In this document: one piece after another, positions 40,034-52,940 of the stretch
Numbering within the stretch: the stretch's first letter is position 1
How the letters are laid out: the number at the start of each line of letters is the position of its first letter
Assembly (NCBI RefSeq): GCF_006345805.1
Contig: NC_043008.1
Location: 25,978,001 to 26,042,000, forward strand
Direction: 5' to 3'
Source: Octopus sinensis
Lineage: Eukaryota
DNA: 64,000 bases
Program-made: the position numbers and the translations under genes
The notes under the pieces: generated by a model
Told to the model about the DNA's origin: nothing
What the model saw: the letters and a program-made list of their open reading frames with translations, nothing else
Databases searched by the model: none

Positions 40034-41909
40034 TCATGACCAGACTTTTCATCCACTGTCACTTTGTCTAACACCACGTTGTCCACGTCTTTTGGTCCAA
40101 CGTCTTTTTGTCTGATGATTTTTTTTGTCCAATGACTTTTTGTCCAATTTTAAATAAACTCTTTAGAAAACAAGGTGAACATCAAAATCAAATAACCGTT
40201 GAGAATTTTATTGATAGGTTTTGAGTAAAATACTGTGGTAAAATGTATTTAAAAAAAAGTCATTTTAAAAAAGTAATAAGATATAACTAAGGATTTATTA
40301 TGATCACTTAAAATTGATGCAAATTATACGCCACACTCTTCAAAAAATCAATTTTTCTTGTTGACCCATATTCAATAACCAATTTAGGTGTTTAGTTATT
40401 CTTCGATATTGTGTATATGAATTTGATGGATCTCTTTGAAGAATTTGTCATTTTACTTTAAATGAATCCTTCCTCTTCCTTCAGAGTTTTGATTAATTTC
40501 CAAATATTCAATTGTGCTTCACCCACCAAATGCTTTATCACAGAATGAAACCTTTCCACAGCATTATTTCTTCTGGGAAGATCTTGAAGAATACACTGAT
40601 TAACATTCCATTCAGCTATCGGGAATGTAGATGGTTCTCTCCTTCGTCTAGCACTACGTCTTCTCACAATGCCTATGTAAATCAAGTTGAAGTAAGTGAT
40701 AAATTCAGCAGGTATTTCTTCATTGTCTATTAATTCTCCATAGGCATCTTCAACATCTTCAACGGTAGGGAGGCTAATGCTGAAAAACATTGAATTTTAA
40801 GAGAGAATTCAGAGTCTTTATTGTATTTTTCTTTGAGGCCTAAATCTGTAATTTTTCAAAATACTGATTGGCTCAAATGAAACAAACATGCCACTATATA
40901 TGAATTAAGGAATGATGAATTAAATATCCTTATGAACTGCAACTTCGAAATCTGCCATGAGATCAAGTGGATATGCATTAGGTTGCATAATTTTCAATTG
41001 CTTAAAAAATAATTCACATGTCTGCTTTGTTTTATTCGGCAGTAATGTAAAGACCCATGGAAAACTGCTACCTTTAACTTGTACATGAATGCTAAACAGT
41101 TGAAACTACTGTTCTGGCACAATTTTTAACATTCCATCACATGCCCAATGGTGATATGATGCTATATCCTGAAGAGCACTTTCTGATACAAATACTAGTA
41201 TGCACTGTTGATCCTCGGTATCCGAATCATATCTCAGAAACCGTTCACTATTATCAACTTTACAACATTCTTTGGGTATTTCAAAACCAGTTCTAGCCCC
41301 TGGATTAGTGGGGAATCCAGAATTCTTTTGTCAGCATCTTTGAATAGTCCTTGAAAGTACAGGCAAAGGAGGAAGTTGAGAGCGAGTACTTCCTGTTAGC
41401 TGCTATTATACTACACAAACTTGCTGCTATGTTTTCCATTACTGTGTGATTTTGCACTGAACATAGCCTTGTTTTCTCACATATCCAGTATTCTTTTCTT
41501 AGTTTTGTATTGTTTGAATGAAAATCGTAGATGTAATTACTTTCATCAACTACTTTCCTTTTGTTTTTTGGTCAATACTACGGATTTTGTCATTTTGGGA
41601 TGGGTAAATTAAAAATGTGTACACTAAGTTTGCAGCACTCTCTATAAACAGCACCATACTTAAGAGAGAGAGGGAAAATAGAAAGTAAAACTGTTAACTG
41701 AGAAGGAAAAAGAATGACAAGGACAATCCTATAATGAGGCTCGGTATAGTTCTGTGAATCTATCAGATATTTCACCTTGTTTTTGAAAGAGTTTATTTAT
41801 ATTCGACAAAAAGTCAGACAAAAAAATTATCATACAAAAATACATCGGAGCAAAAGGCGTGAACAAAAAGACATTTGATGAAGTGATGGCAGACGAAAAC
41901 ACATAGCCC
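40034..41909 (-). mobile_element. Mutator-like (MULE) element with an N-terminal FLYWCH-like domain
   Basis: Diverged TIRs of about 150 bp; 9-bp TSD tatatatgc (40025-40033) / tatacatgc (41910-41918). Minus strand NYIYDFHSNN..EYWICEK (FLYWCH), CLFHLSQSV, and FPIAEWNV..LPRRNNAVERFH..NIWKLI. Confidence 0.85.
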
Positions 41910-41960
41910 TATACATGCCACAATTTGTTCATTACTCATCTATTTGCAAGAACAATGATA

Positions 41961-42060
41961 TACGAGGGAGGTACCCAAAAGAAACTAGGATTTTGCAATA
42001 TTATTTTCTTCACTTAGTTTTACATGTTTACACTTTTATTGTCTTCAATTTATATGCTCC
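41961..42060 (+). mobile_element. Mariner-like terminal fragment
   Basis: ta-cgagggaggtacccaaaagaaac.., a TIR-like start. Confidence 0.35.
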
Positions 42061-44560
42061 TGAACAAAAGTTTAAATGATTTTCTCATTAAATTCAATTC
42101 CATTTTGCACAAAATAGCAATGAAAAGCTAGTATTGTTTTGTTGCTGGTGATTATAACAAATTCAATAGATGACAATATAATATTAGTGTTAAATATCAG
42201 CTTTTGGAAGCGTTGAAGAGTAATGCATTCTTCCTTCAAATATGTAGTGATCTAGGAATAAGAATAACTAAGGATAGCAGCATGTTAATAGATGACATTT
42301 TCACAAATAGCAATGATTTATTTAACCTTCAGGTGGTACAATTATTTTTGAAGCATCTTATCACATTCCAATATTCTCAATAACTAATAATGGACGACTA
42401 GAGGATAAAAGTACAAATAGGAAATATATTATATACAAACAAACAGATAATAGTAGCAAGAATGAGTTCAGAGAATTCACAAGACAATACAACTTTGGTT
42501 TTGTTAAGAGTTGTTCTGATCCAGATGTAAATTATAATGAATAAAAGTAATAAAATCTTGGAGTGATTCATGTTTTCAAGCTAAGAAGCTCTTTTTAGTA
42601 TAAAAGGTGCACTTACCCTGGCTATAAAAAAGCTTATTACAATCAATAAAGTACAAAAATCATCTTTACTGAAACTGTTATAAGAACAAATCTGAGCATG
42701 CAGAACATGATTATTATAAGAGGTATGATAAAATACTCAGAAGACGCTTAAGAACGGCTAAAAAACAGCACTACGCAAATTTATTAGAGAAAAACTCTAG
42801 AAACGTTGGCACACCTTAAATAATATAATAAGAAATAAACTAAGGAAGAAGTTGGTAAATTTTTCCTTGAAAATATAAAAAAAGTATATATATAATTAAA
42901 GATAACAAAGAAATAGCCAGTGCATTCAGTAACTATTTTATAAAGGTAGGAGAAAAATTAGAAAAATAAATTCCTTTTCTTCAAGGGAATCAGAACTTGA
43001 GCTACATGAAACAAAGGGTGGTGAATTCAGTGTATATGTCCCCGAATGATAAAGCTGAAGTAAAATCTTTAATTAAGAACACAAAAAAGAATCTGACAGT
43101 ATTGATAGTATTTCTAGAAAATATCTTGTCAACCCATTAAATAAAATTTTTAATCAATGTATCAAAATCGGTAAATTTCTTTGAGAAATGAAATAAACAA
43201 AAAATAAATACCTGTTTAAAAAAAATGAAAAGTATCTCATGTCAAATTATGATCCATTTCAATTGTACCATACTTGTTAAAAATTCTTGAGAGAATAATT
43301 TAAAAAAAGACTTGTAAAATATCTTGACATTAACAATTGATACAAAATTAACAAAAAAAAAAGAGTATCTTCTTGGAAGACCAATTTAGATTTAGGAAAG
43401 GTACTCACACTGAATTAGCATTAGGATGTTTGATGAACAATTTATACAAATCTGCTGATAATAATGACTTTAACCTTAGCATCTTCATAGATCTGAGTAA
43501 AGCTTTTGATACAATTGGTCGCAATATTTTGATACAAAAATCAAACTATACTGGAATAAGAGGAAAGCAATTGGATTTATTCAGAGGCTACCTACAAAAT
43601 AAAAAGCAATGTGTATTTTTAAGGAAGAAATGTCATCAGTTGGGGAACATAGGTATTGAGGTATTACAGGGATGAATCCTTGGACCAATACTGTTTGTAA
43701 TATCTCTGTAAAGGACTTGCCCAATGTCATTGTCAATGAAAGGTGTAAAATATGTTTGCAGATGATACCAGTGTTTATACAGGGGAAAACTCTTCAGAAG
43801 AAATCACTGAAATTATGAATAATGAAATGAATATCACAGAGTGATTTATTTTAAATAGACTTTTAATTACATTATATTCAAATCTGCATTAAAAATGTTC
43901 CAGAGATGGTCAGTGGATTGATGAAGAATAATTCTAAACTTAAGAAGGTAGATTGTGTTAAGTTTTGGGGCTTAACAATAAACGAAATCCAAACTGGAAA
44001 AATAATATAGAGGATATCAATATGAGACTGTCCCAACTCTTGGTTATTGCCTTCAAGAGTAGACCCTATGTAAATAATAGCATTACTATCTCTCTATAGT
44101 TCGATGATATATCCAACATTGATTTATTCAAATGTGGTATTGTGCAATAAGAACAATTATTTAATAAACAAAATTTTACTTCATCTAAAAGAAATCCCTG
44201 AGAATATTGGAAGGAACACCTCCTTTAGCACATATTGGTCCTCTTTTTAAAAAATAAAAGATTGCAGATAGCTTCCAAATCAATATGAAAAAGCTATCAT
44301 TATTCACCCATAAGCATCAGCTTGATATGTATAAGCTTTTCTTAGTGAGGAAAATTACCAACTTCGAAGTGAATGGTAGGGAAAATTGAAATCATAACAA
44401 AATGTTCATTGGCAGGATTAGTCTAAATAGATTGGAAAACATGTTAGATTTTGCTGCATGTTCTTCATAGAATGGTTTATCTGATGATATCAAAGCCACA
44501 CAAAATATCAATACTTTTATGTGAAAACTAGGACAGTTTATTGATAATGAGATCAAGAAT
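42060..44560 (+). pseudogene. Decayed CR1/L2-group LINE ORF2 (AP endonuclease + RT)
   Basis: CFVAGDYN and RITKDSSMLIDDIFTN (endonuclease). ORF 43373-43675 QFRFRK..IFIDLSKAFDTI..GIRG..QG*ILGP, and FADDT at about 43755. Confidence 0.85.
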
Positions 44561-47500
44561 GCCATGTAAGGTGAAGATCTGTTGATCCTACCTTGACGTT
44601 GATAGTTTTCTTTGACTATGTACCATCTTTACACTGAGAATAATAACATACATTCTTCTATTATTAATCACTTATTGATTACATTAAACCGTATTACCTC
44701 TACTCAGGTGTCGATAAGGTAACAGGTTATTTATTATATTCACACAATATCTTATGATCATAGTTGTACTCAGGGTCATCTCTGGCTGTGCACCAGTAGA
44801 TATTTCTACTGAGGCACATTACAACCGCATAGCCAAAGTAAAAAAAAACAAAGGCTATAAAAACAACTAACTATAAATACATAACTGTCCTTAATCTTAG
44901 CAGTTCTATGTTTCATTTATTTCCTTCAGTTCTTCAGAGATAGTCATTTAGGTTTCTGGTTTTTAATGCATTTTTCACTATGGTTATATAGTACCTGGAT
45001 AAGTTGCTATATCTAACCAGCTGGTTTGCTCAGCATCCCATGCTTTAACAGTTGGTTTACTAAGCAAGTACAATTTAAATCACATTTCTGTATAAAATAT
45101 TTTTTCAGCTTAACAATGAAATATTACTTCATTAAAATATGGTTTATGTAATATATAGTTAAAAGAAAAGAGAAACACCCAGGATTTTATGAAACATAAT
45201 AATCTGCAACGGTAAAAAAAAATCAGTCAGTATAAATTTTGAAAGACAAAGAAAATTTATATGTCATAAAGTATATAGAATATAATATTTCGTCTCTTTG
45301 GACTCTTATTTAAGAGAAGAAAATTACAAATAAAACTGAAATTGAGAGGTTGATTTGTGGGAAAGAAAAAAGATTGCAAAACGAGGGTTGTGTAAGGAGA
45401 AACCAAAAAAGTTAATGAAAGAAGACAGAAAAGTAAATATATACATATCACACACACAAAAAAAAAATAGTGAAGATGACATGGCTAAAGTAATGAAAGG
45501 AGCAGATTGATATGTAGAATATATCAAACAAACACAAATAGAGTTATTGTTGAAGTGACTGGTTAAAACATTGTGGAGAATGTGCATGGAAATGATGGTA
45601 CAAGGGCCAAAGGTGGAGGTAGGAATATATATTACATGCTGGTATACACAAAAAAACATACATATTATCATCACACAGTGAAATATAAGCACTCATGTAA
45701 GTTTCTTATTTGCTTTCACTGCAAACAATCTTTTAGACTTAATACTGGTTTCAAATTTTGGCACAGGGCCTCCAGATTTTAGAGAAAAGGAGAAATTGAT
45801 TACATTGATTCTCCCTGTACTTGATTAGTATTTATTTTATCAACACCAAGAAAATGAAAGGCAAACTCAATCATGGTGGAATTTGAGTTCAGAATATAAA
45901 GACAGATGAAATGCCACTAAGCATTTTGTCTGGCATACTAATAGTTCTGACAGCTTGTCACCTTTTTCCAACTAAGCATTAAAATAGAAAATTTGATGTT
46001 GCAAATATAGCAATTAACTTTCTCTCTAAAACAATAAACGACCAACTGAAATACCCCAGCAGAATCATTTGATCCTGTGGTGTGTTTGACATAATAATGC
46101 CTAGAATGGTCCCTAATTGGTGACAAGCCAAAAGTTAACAACTGGTTTGTGCAAGCTAATGTTAAAATATCATATAAGAAAGATAGTCCTTAGTGAGCTG
46201 TGAATGATGGATTCGGTGTTTATAACTGATGAAGCATAATAAATGCAAAAACAAATGTCCACTGGTCTGTTGACATTATTCATAGCTCACACCGACATTG
46301 TACATCAGGAGAATTTCTTTCCAGAGACAATTTCTGCAGTGATGGCCTTTCCATGTTTGTGTAAACACATACTTGTTAGATATAACTGCACACACATTTA
46401 TGTGTGTGTGTGTGTGTGCATGTGTACATAAACATGTATATAAATGCATATCCATATATGTATATATGTACACACACACACATTAGTGCATATGTGTAGG
46501 AGGTATAAGTGTTGAGCTTTAAAAATATAATGATTAATTCATGAAAAGCTGACATTCATGCAAAGCAAAACAAATGACTAGTTAGCATTGCTGAATACTG
46601 GTGTTTGGCCTTTAAATATAGTTAAAGGCCTTTGTGAATGAGAAGTTGTAACTGTCTGAACTAAACTTCAGTGTTATTTGCATTTGAAAGAAAAGAATAG
46701 AAAACTCAACCAAACTGTTTCTCATGTTTTCAAGAAAGTCAAATCTAAAGAAAGAAAGTAAAATAGAATTTCTAAGAAGCTACAATCTACCAAATTTTTC
46801 TATATATACTTCACAGATTCCCAGAAGAAGAAAACAATAATATTCTTTGCAACCATTTAAATTCCCCCCGCCCCCAAAAAAGATGATGGAAGTCAATAGC
46901 ATGAAATAGATAATGCATGAGTTGAGTAAACATTCATGTTGTTTATGTAGAAGGTTATGATTGTGAGTTTACTGACTGTGTAAGGGAGCCTGTACTTCTA
47001 AAGTAGATTGTAATAGAGAAGACACCTAATTGTTATGTACATTTGTTCATCTTGAGACCATTCTGTTAATGTTTTGGCTCCATAGTTAACATGTGTGTCA
47101 TTATTATCATACTTCATATTCTTAATAAAATATTGTATTGAATGTCTGTCAATATTTATTTGTTCAAAGGTGGACCAACTTAACATATCAAGTGGCGCCA
47201 TTCAAAAAGCAGCTGGCATTGACTGTGATATAATGTGGCAATGAATTGAAGACATTTTAACCATGTCACTTCCAGATATTTTACTTCTATGTCACTTCAT
47301 CCACTTATATAAAGAAGCTCTGGGATGCTTATGGTGGGAGTGGGGATGTAGTGCTGTGTTTTAGCATTTCAAAGTCAATTCAGTATTCACCATTCCTTAA
47401 GTCAATTCTGAATAAAAATGTATTTAAATTAATTCTTTTTTTCTTTTTTTTTTGCACTTTCATTCAAGTATTTCTTTCTTTTTGATACCTAGCTTGGAAT

Positions 47501-48365
47501 TTTATGACAAATATTGTGTTTATGAACATTGTTTACTGAGTTACATTTGTATGACTAACTTACAGCCATTTATTTATTAAATACACCTGTAACACACACA
47601 CTTCTTATACACACACATACACATGCACACACATACATACACACTTTTCATACACATACACACACACACACACGATAAATGCAACCACATTTTATCATAT
47701 TAATTCCTCTATTTCTTTTCCTAATGTAACAATATCAATATTGTCATTGATCTGGTGAAATATAATTCTACTTTTTTAATGGTTTAATCAAAAGAAACAA
47801 GTCAGTGACCATCTTCTTTACCATGCTCTCTGTAACTGATAGGATGAAGAAGATATTACGTTCAACCAAGAGACCAGGACAAAATACCTGCATCTACTCA
47901 TTTAAACTGTTAGTTTACATAATCCAAACAATTTCAAGACACAGAATTGTAATAAACTGCGTTGAAATAGCATCTGCTTCTAAGACTAAGAATTCACTGT
48001 TCATATTTCGCCATCAGAATATTGCTATGCATATAGCTATGACACTTAATTCTCACAGGCTCAAAAGACCTACATTATAAATGTATTCTGCAGAGTGTTT
48101 CAGCATTGTGTTGTATACAACATCAGCACAGTACATTTATCACCATAGAGTTGCACAGCATACCACAGTTTACACAGGACTCTATAATCATTGTCCTTAG
48201 AGTGGTACAGCACACTACTATATACAACACCAAAAATTTATATATATATATGTTATATATATATATATATTTTTATAATAATAAGGGAATATCAATTCCA
48301 GCATCACAGGGATGAAATATTCAACTTAAGAATATTAAGTTGACTTATTCTCAATAAATAAATAC

Positions 48366-49280
48366 ATATATACCAAAGTGTCATTAGAAACAGAAATCCC
48401 CATAAATTCATCAAATCTGAATATAAATTCAACGATATCTTAGAATATTATACTTAATACTTACTATTCATGTTCAAAGTTGTTGACTACGCATGATTCA
48501 TGACGTTGTATACTATGTTCTTGAGACACACAGTTAGAAATTACTAATTAAGTTTAGTATATTAATTCTAATTATATTAATTTATAAATTAATTCCTGCA
48601 TACATATTTTTTTCATTTTTAAATGTTTTTCCCTTTATATTTTTTTCCATATATTTTTTCATATCTTTTCATATCTTCATTCGTATTTTTTGCGTAACAT
48701 TCACCTGAATTTTTGTCATTTGTATTAGTTTCCATTCGTTTCTTATTCATCCCCTTCATTTGGATATATATATCTTTTTAATTCTTATTCTTATAATTTT
48801 TTATTTTCTTCTCATTAGTATATATTTCTTTCCACATTTGTATACATTTTCTCATTCGTATATATTTTTCATTTATATATATTTTTTTAGGCGTAATTCA
48901 CATTTAATTCTTAATTAATCATGGCTAAAACTGCAGGGTTCACTGAATTTATTTACACATCTATGTGTTTTGACATACTAGAAATTTATTTATACATCTG
49001 TATAATTTGATATACCTTTAAGTTGTAATATATAATGATAAATAAAATTATAAATAGGGGATAGGTGGACCTGAAGATTGTGATTGTATGTAAGGGGAGG
49101 TTCTGTAAGAGACTGTGTGTCTCAAGAACATAGTATACAACCTCATGAAACATGTGTAGTCGACAACTTTGAACATGAATAGTAAGTATTAAATATAATA
49201 TTCTATGACATGGTTGAATTTATATTATGATTTGATGAATTTATGGGGATTTCTGTCTCTAATGATACTTTGATATATAT
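48366..49280 (+). mobile_element. Non-coding PLE-like foldback: truncated inverted pLTR (48366-48534), AT-rich spacer, pLTR (to 49280)
   Basis: 169 bp arms with 13 mismatches (about 92%), 577 bp spacer, TA flanks; HHR motif in the right copy. Confidence 0.8.
49065..49164 (+). ncRNA. Type I hammerhead-like motif with a long structured stem II
   Basis: gtggac/gtcgac stem I (5/6), CTGAAGA 49071-49077, multi-helix stem II (ttgtat/atacaa, gttct/agaac, gagac/gtctc), GAAA 49147-49150, self-complementary ACATGTGT, GUA triplet. Confidence 0.6.
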
Positions 49281-51479
49281 ATATATATATATATTATATA
49301 TACATCTGGGGCTATGGTAGAAGATGCTTGTCAAAGGTGCTATGCAGTAGAATGAACCCGGAACCATGTGGATGTGAAGCAAACTTTGTTGGAAGTCAAC
49401 ATACTTATTTATAAACCTTTCTATGTTTTAAATGTCAATGGAAATGTTGCATTATCATTCATCCTAACAAAGCCAGCCTCTACATAGTCAGTCATCCAGT
49501 TATAAATAGCACCCAAATCTCCTCACATTATAGTCCCACCATCTTGAAAATGAAAAGAGGGCATTAGATAATGTAGTCTTAGATGCCTTTAAAATGTCAG
49601 AATTGTTACGATGACAATGCTTTTGATCTTATTCTACTCAATCAGAGTTAGCTTTGTGCAAGACAACACAAATAACTTGCTGAATGTAAAGGTGGTATAC
49701 AACACCAGCACTATAATCTTATTGTTCAAAGTGTGGAAGTGATACAGTATAGAACTGTACATAACCCCAGTAACATATATTTATTATCCATCAAGCAGTA
49801 ATCATACTTGTTATGTTCAATCACATCTTAAAATTATTTTTTAAAAGAAAAATATATATTACAGAGATGTACTTGCATAGCAAGGGGCCTGATCTGAGAT
49901 CCTGTGTTGGAATGAAAACAATTGCGGCATGGAAGGTGTTTATAAGCCATTTAAAAACACACAAAAACCATTAGATTCACTTCAACATTTAAATTTAATA
50001 TGCCAAAATATTTTCATTGCTTTGTGACCGTGACCTGTTCACTGACAAAATTCCGTGCTGCATCACAGAGATAAAATTTATATATATTTATATATATATA
50101 TATTTTTTTTTAAATATCGGGATCATATATTTTATGCTTTAAATTTTAGGTCATAATTTAATTTGTTTGCATAGGTCTGCTTAATAATTAACCAAAGCTA
50201 CTCAATAAGAACAAAATTTTGTTTAATATATCCTGCATGAATACAGAAGAAAACCTTATTTTCATTATTGTTGTTTAGCCTAAAATGAACCTTGAATGAG
50301 TCTTACAGATTTCAAATTTTGTCATAAGACCAACAATTTGGGGGTAGAGGATAAGTTGATTACATTGATCCCTGTGCTCAACTCGTACATATCTCATTGA
50401 CCCTGAAAGAATGAAAGACAAAGGTGACCTTGGTAGAATTTGAATTCAGAACATAAAGATAGATGCTAAGAATTTTGCCTGGTGTGCTAGCAATTCTGAT
50501 AGCTCACTGTCTTAGACATATAGTCATATTCCAAAGAAGCTATTCCATCTTTTATTTAGCTTTGCTGTACAAAGAATTATATTATACAATGTTCTTTCTT
50601 TTTCTTTAGTACGACTTTGTTCTTATTCATTGCAGGTTTTTTACTTTTATTTTAGGGGAAGGAATTGTAATATTTTGGAGATTTTAGAACTTTGTTCTGA
50701 TTTGTAAAAGAAATCTTCTTGCATCACTTATCATTATGGTTAAAATATGAACTTCACAACTCCCTATTATTCTCCTTTTAGAATATGAATAACTTAGTTT
50801 TCAAATGAACCAGCAAGGGACTTTATTCCAAGCTGTTTGATCTGATTGGTTAACTGAAACATGTTTTTCATTTGAGCCATATAGTTGGTATAATTTGACC
50901 TTATTGTTGTAGCAATGGATGCTGGTCAGTATTTCTTTCTTTTGCACTTGTAGATTCAATAAAATAATATCTGAATAATAAAATAATAAAACTATATTTA
51001 ATGATTTTGTTTAGCTATAGTTTGGCGATATGAAGTTGAAATGGATATTTCTTTTTTATATTCAAATATCTGAATATTTGCAAGTTAGGGACATCACCTA
51101 TTTCAAAAGATGAGTTTATGATATGTTGAATGTACTCAGTAACAGTAATGTAAAGAAAGTCAGACAATTTAGGCTCTTGTCTTTGAATAAAGAGCAGAAA
51201 ATGGATTTGTTACATAAGCAACAGTAGAGGAATTGATTTGCCATTCATTTCTAGTATTGTTGTCCAGGCACAAATATTCCTCATTTTCTAAACTCAGTTG
51301 AAGAGAGAGCAAGAGCATAAATTATTAAATTTTATACTCATTACAGCAATCAAATTTATGTAACATATTGCACAGGTATGAATGTGCAGTTAAGACATTT
51401 GCTTTTGCTACCATTTTGTTTTTGGTTCAGTTTCACTGCAAAGCACCAGGGTCATGTGTTTTATACATATGTTGTCGTT

Positions 51480-52010
51480 GATGTCATCACCATCATCATT
51501 TAGTGTCTGTTTAACTGGAGCTGGCCGGCTGAAGAGTTGCCCAGGCTCTGTGTCTGTTTTGGTATGATGGTTTCTACAGCTGGATGTTCTTCCTAATGCC
51601 AACCACTCTACAGAGTGTACTGGGTGCTTTTACACAGCACCAGTATGTGTGCTTTTTATGTGACACCAGCACCCACAAGCCTGCAAGGTTATGAATGCTT
51701 AACTGGAGAGAGATGCAGGGAACAACCTGTAGATAAGGACAACCATGCTTTTACTTAGCTTGGTGTGATTTCACAGCAAACTGCCAGGAGTTTCAATCCT
51801 TTGTTATCCCCCTCTGTGAGTCCCATCTGTAAATCCTTTCTCACCACTTTGTCCCATGTTTTCCTGGGTCTACCCCTTCCACATGTTTCCTCTACAATTT
51901 AGAAATCAGTGCCTCTTGATACAACTACATACATCCACATTACATGGCCAAACAAGTGCAGTCTTCTCTATTGCACACTATAACTGATGCTTATGAATAC
52001 CCAGTTTTTC
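51480..52010 (-). mobile_element. RTE LINE 3' end
   Basis: Minus strand QERRLHLFGHV..(RG.P..W region), followed by an RTE-type tail and (GAT)n. Confidence 0.65.
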
Positions 52011-52122
52011 TCACAAATATACTTTGTCATATATGCACACTGACATTACCCACACAAGTCAGTTAAAATTTGTTGATAGAGACATTCTACTGCCAGAGGC
52101 TCTCTCTGTTGCCAATCCTTAC

Positions 52123-52167
52123 TTGCTCCTGAGCAAGGGGAAATTTCCCATCATCAGATATGCTTTC
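52123..52167 (-). other. Candidate host exon (45 nt, phase 0-0)
   Basis: tttgtttccagtttttcag|GAA..CAA|gtaagg; reads ESISDDGKFPLAQEQ. Confidence 0.25.
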
Positions 52168-52513
52168 CTGAAAAACTGGAAACAAACAGCACTATGTGTA
52201 AGATTGTGCTTGTTTACAATTGTTGCATCAGACATGCATGCACGAATGCCTGCATTCACACATGCACACACACACACACACAAATTATATTATAATTATT
52301 ATCATCCTAATCACTTAGCCTCCTTTTCTCCTTACTTGCATGGGGCAGATGGAATTCAGCGAGGTAGATTTTTCATAACAGAATGCTCTTCTTGTCCTCA
52401 ACAGTTACCTATTCTCATGTAAAATAATATTTTCCCATGGCCAGGTGCATGCAAGACTGGAAGAAAGCAAGGTTGCTCAATTACACTCAATTACACATGA
52501 TGTCAAGAAAGGG

Positions 52514-52561
<48 letters not shown>

Positions 52562-52569
<8 letters not shown>

Positions 52570-52940
52570 GAATAAGCCTGCTTGAAGTAGTTGGTAAGGT
52601 TTTTGAAAAACTTTTACTTGAGCAGGTAACAAAGTTGATATTCCCTTCTATCATTCCAGAGAATCAATGTGGCTTTAGATCAGGTACAATGGACATGAAT
52701 TTTTTCTGCTCACCAACTCTAGGAGAAATGTATCAAACATTACTTATTCTTTACCAGTTCTTTGTTGAATTAAAAAATGCCTTCAATACTGTTAATAGGA
52801 GAGCTCTCTGGACAAATCTTGGTAAACTTGGAAGCCCAAATCAATTTGTTGACTTGTTTGAGCTTCTCCATAATGACATGAAAGCTCATTTTAACTTCAA
52901 TGACTTACTGTCAGAATCAATTTCCATTTATAACAGGTTA
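52562..52940 (+). pseudogene. RTE/BovB-type RT fragment
   Basis: RGISLLEVVGKVF..PENQCGFRSGTMDM..FVELKNAFNTVNRRALW..KLGSPNQF..LHNDM. Confidence 0.85.

Noticed and set aside
51340-51375. Plus-strand 29-nt micro-exon candidate (cag|..CAG|gtatga)
   Set aside because: Too short and unsupported; this is expected by chance.
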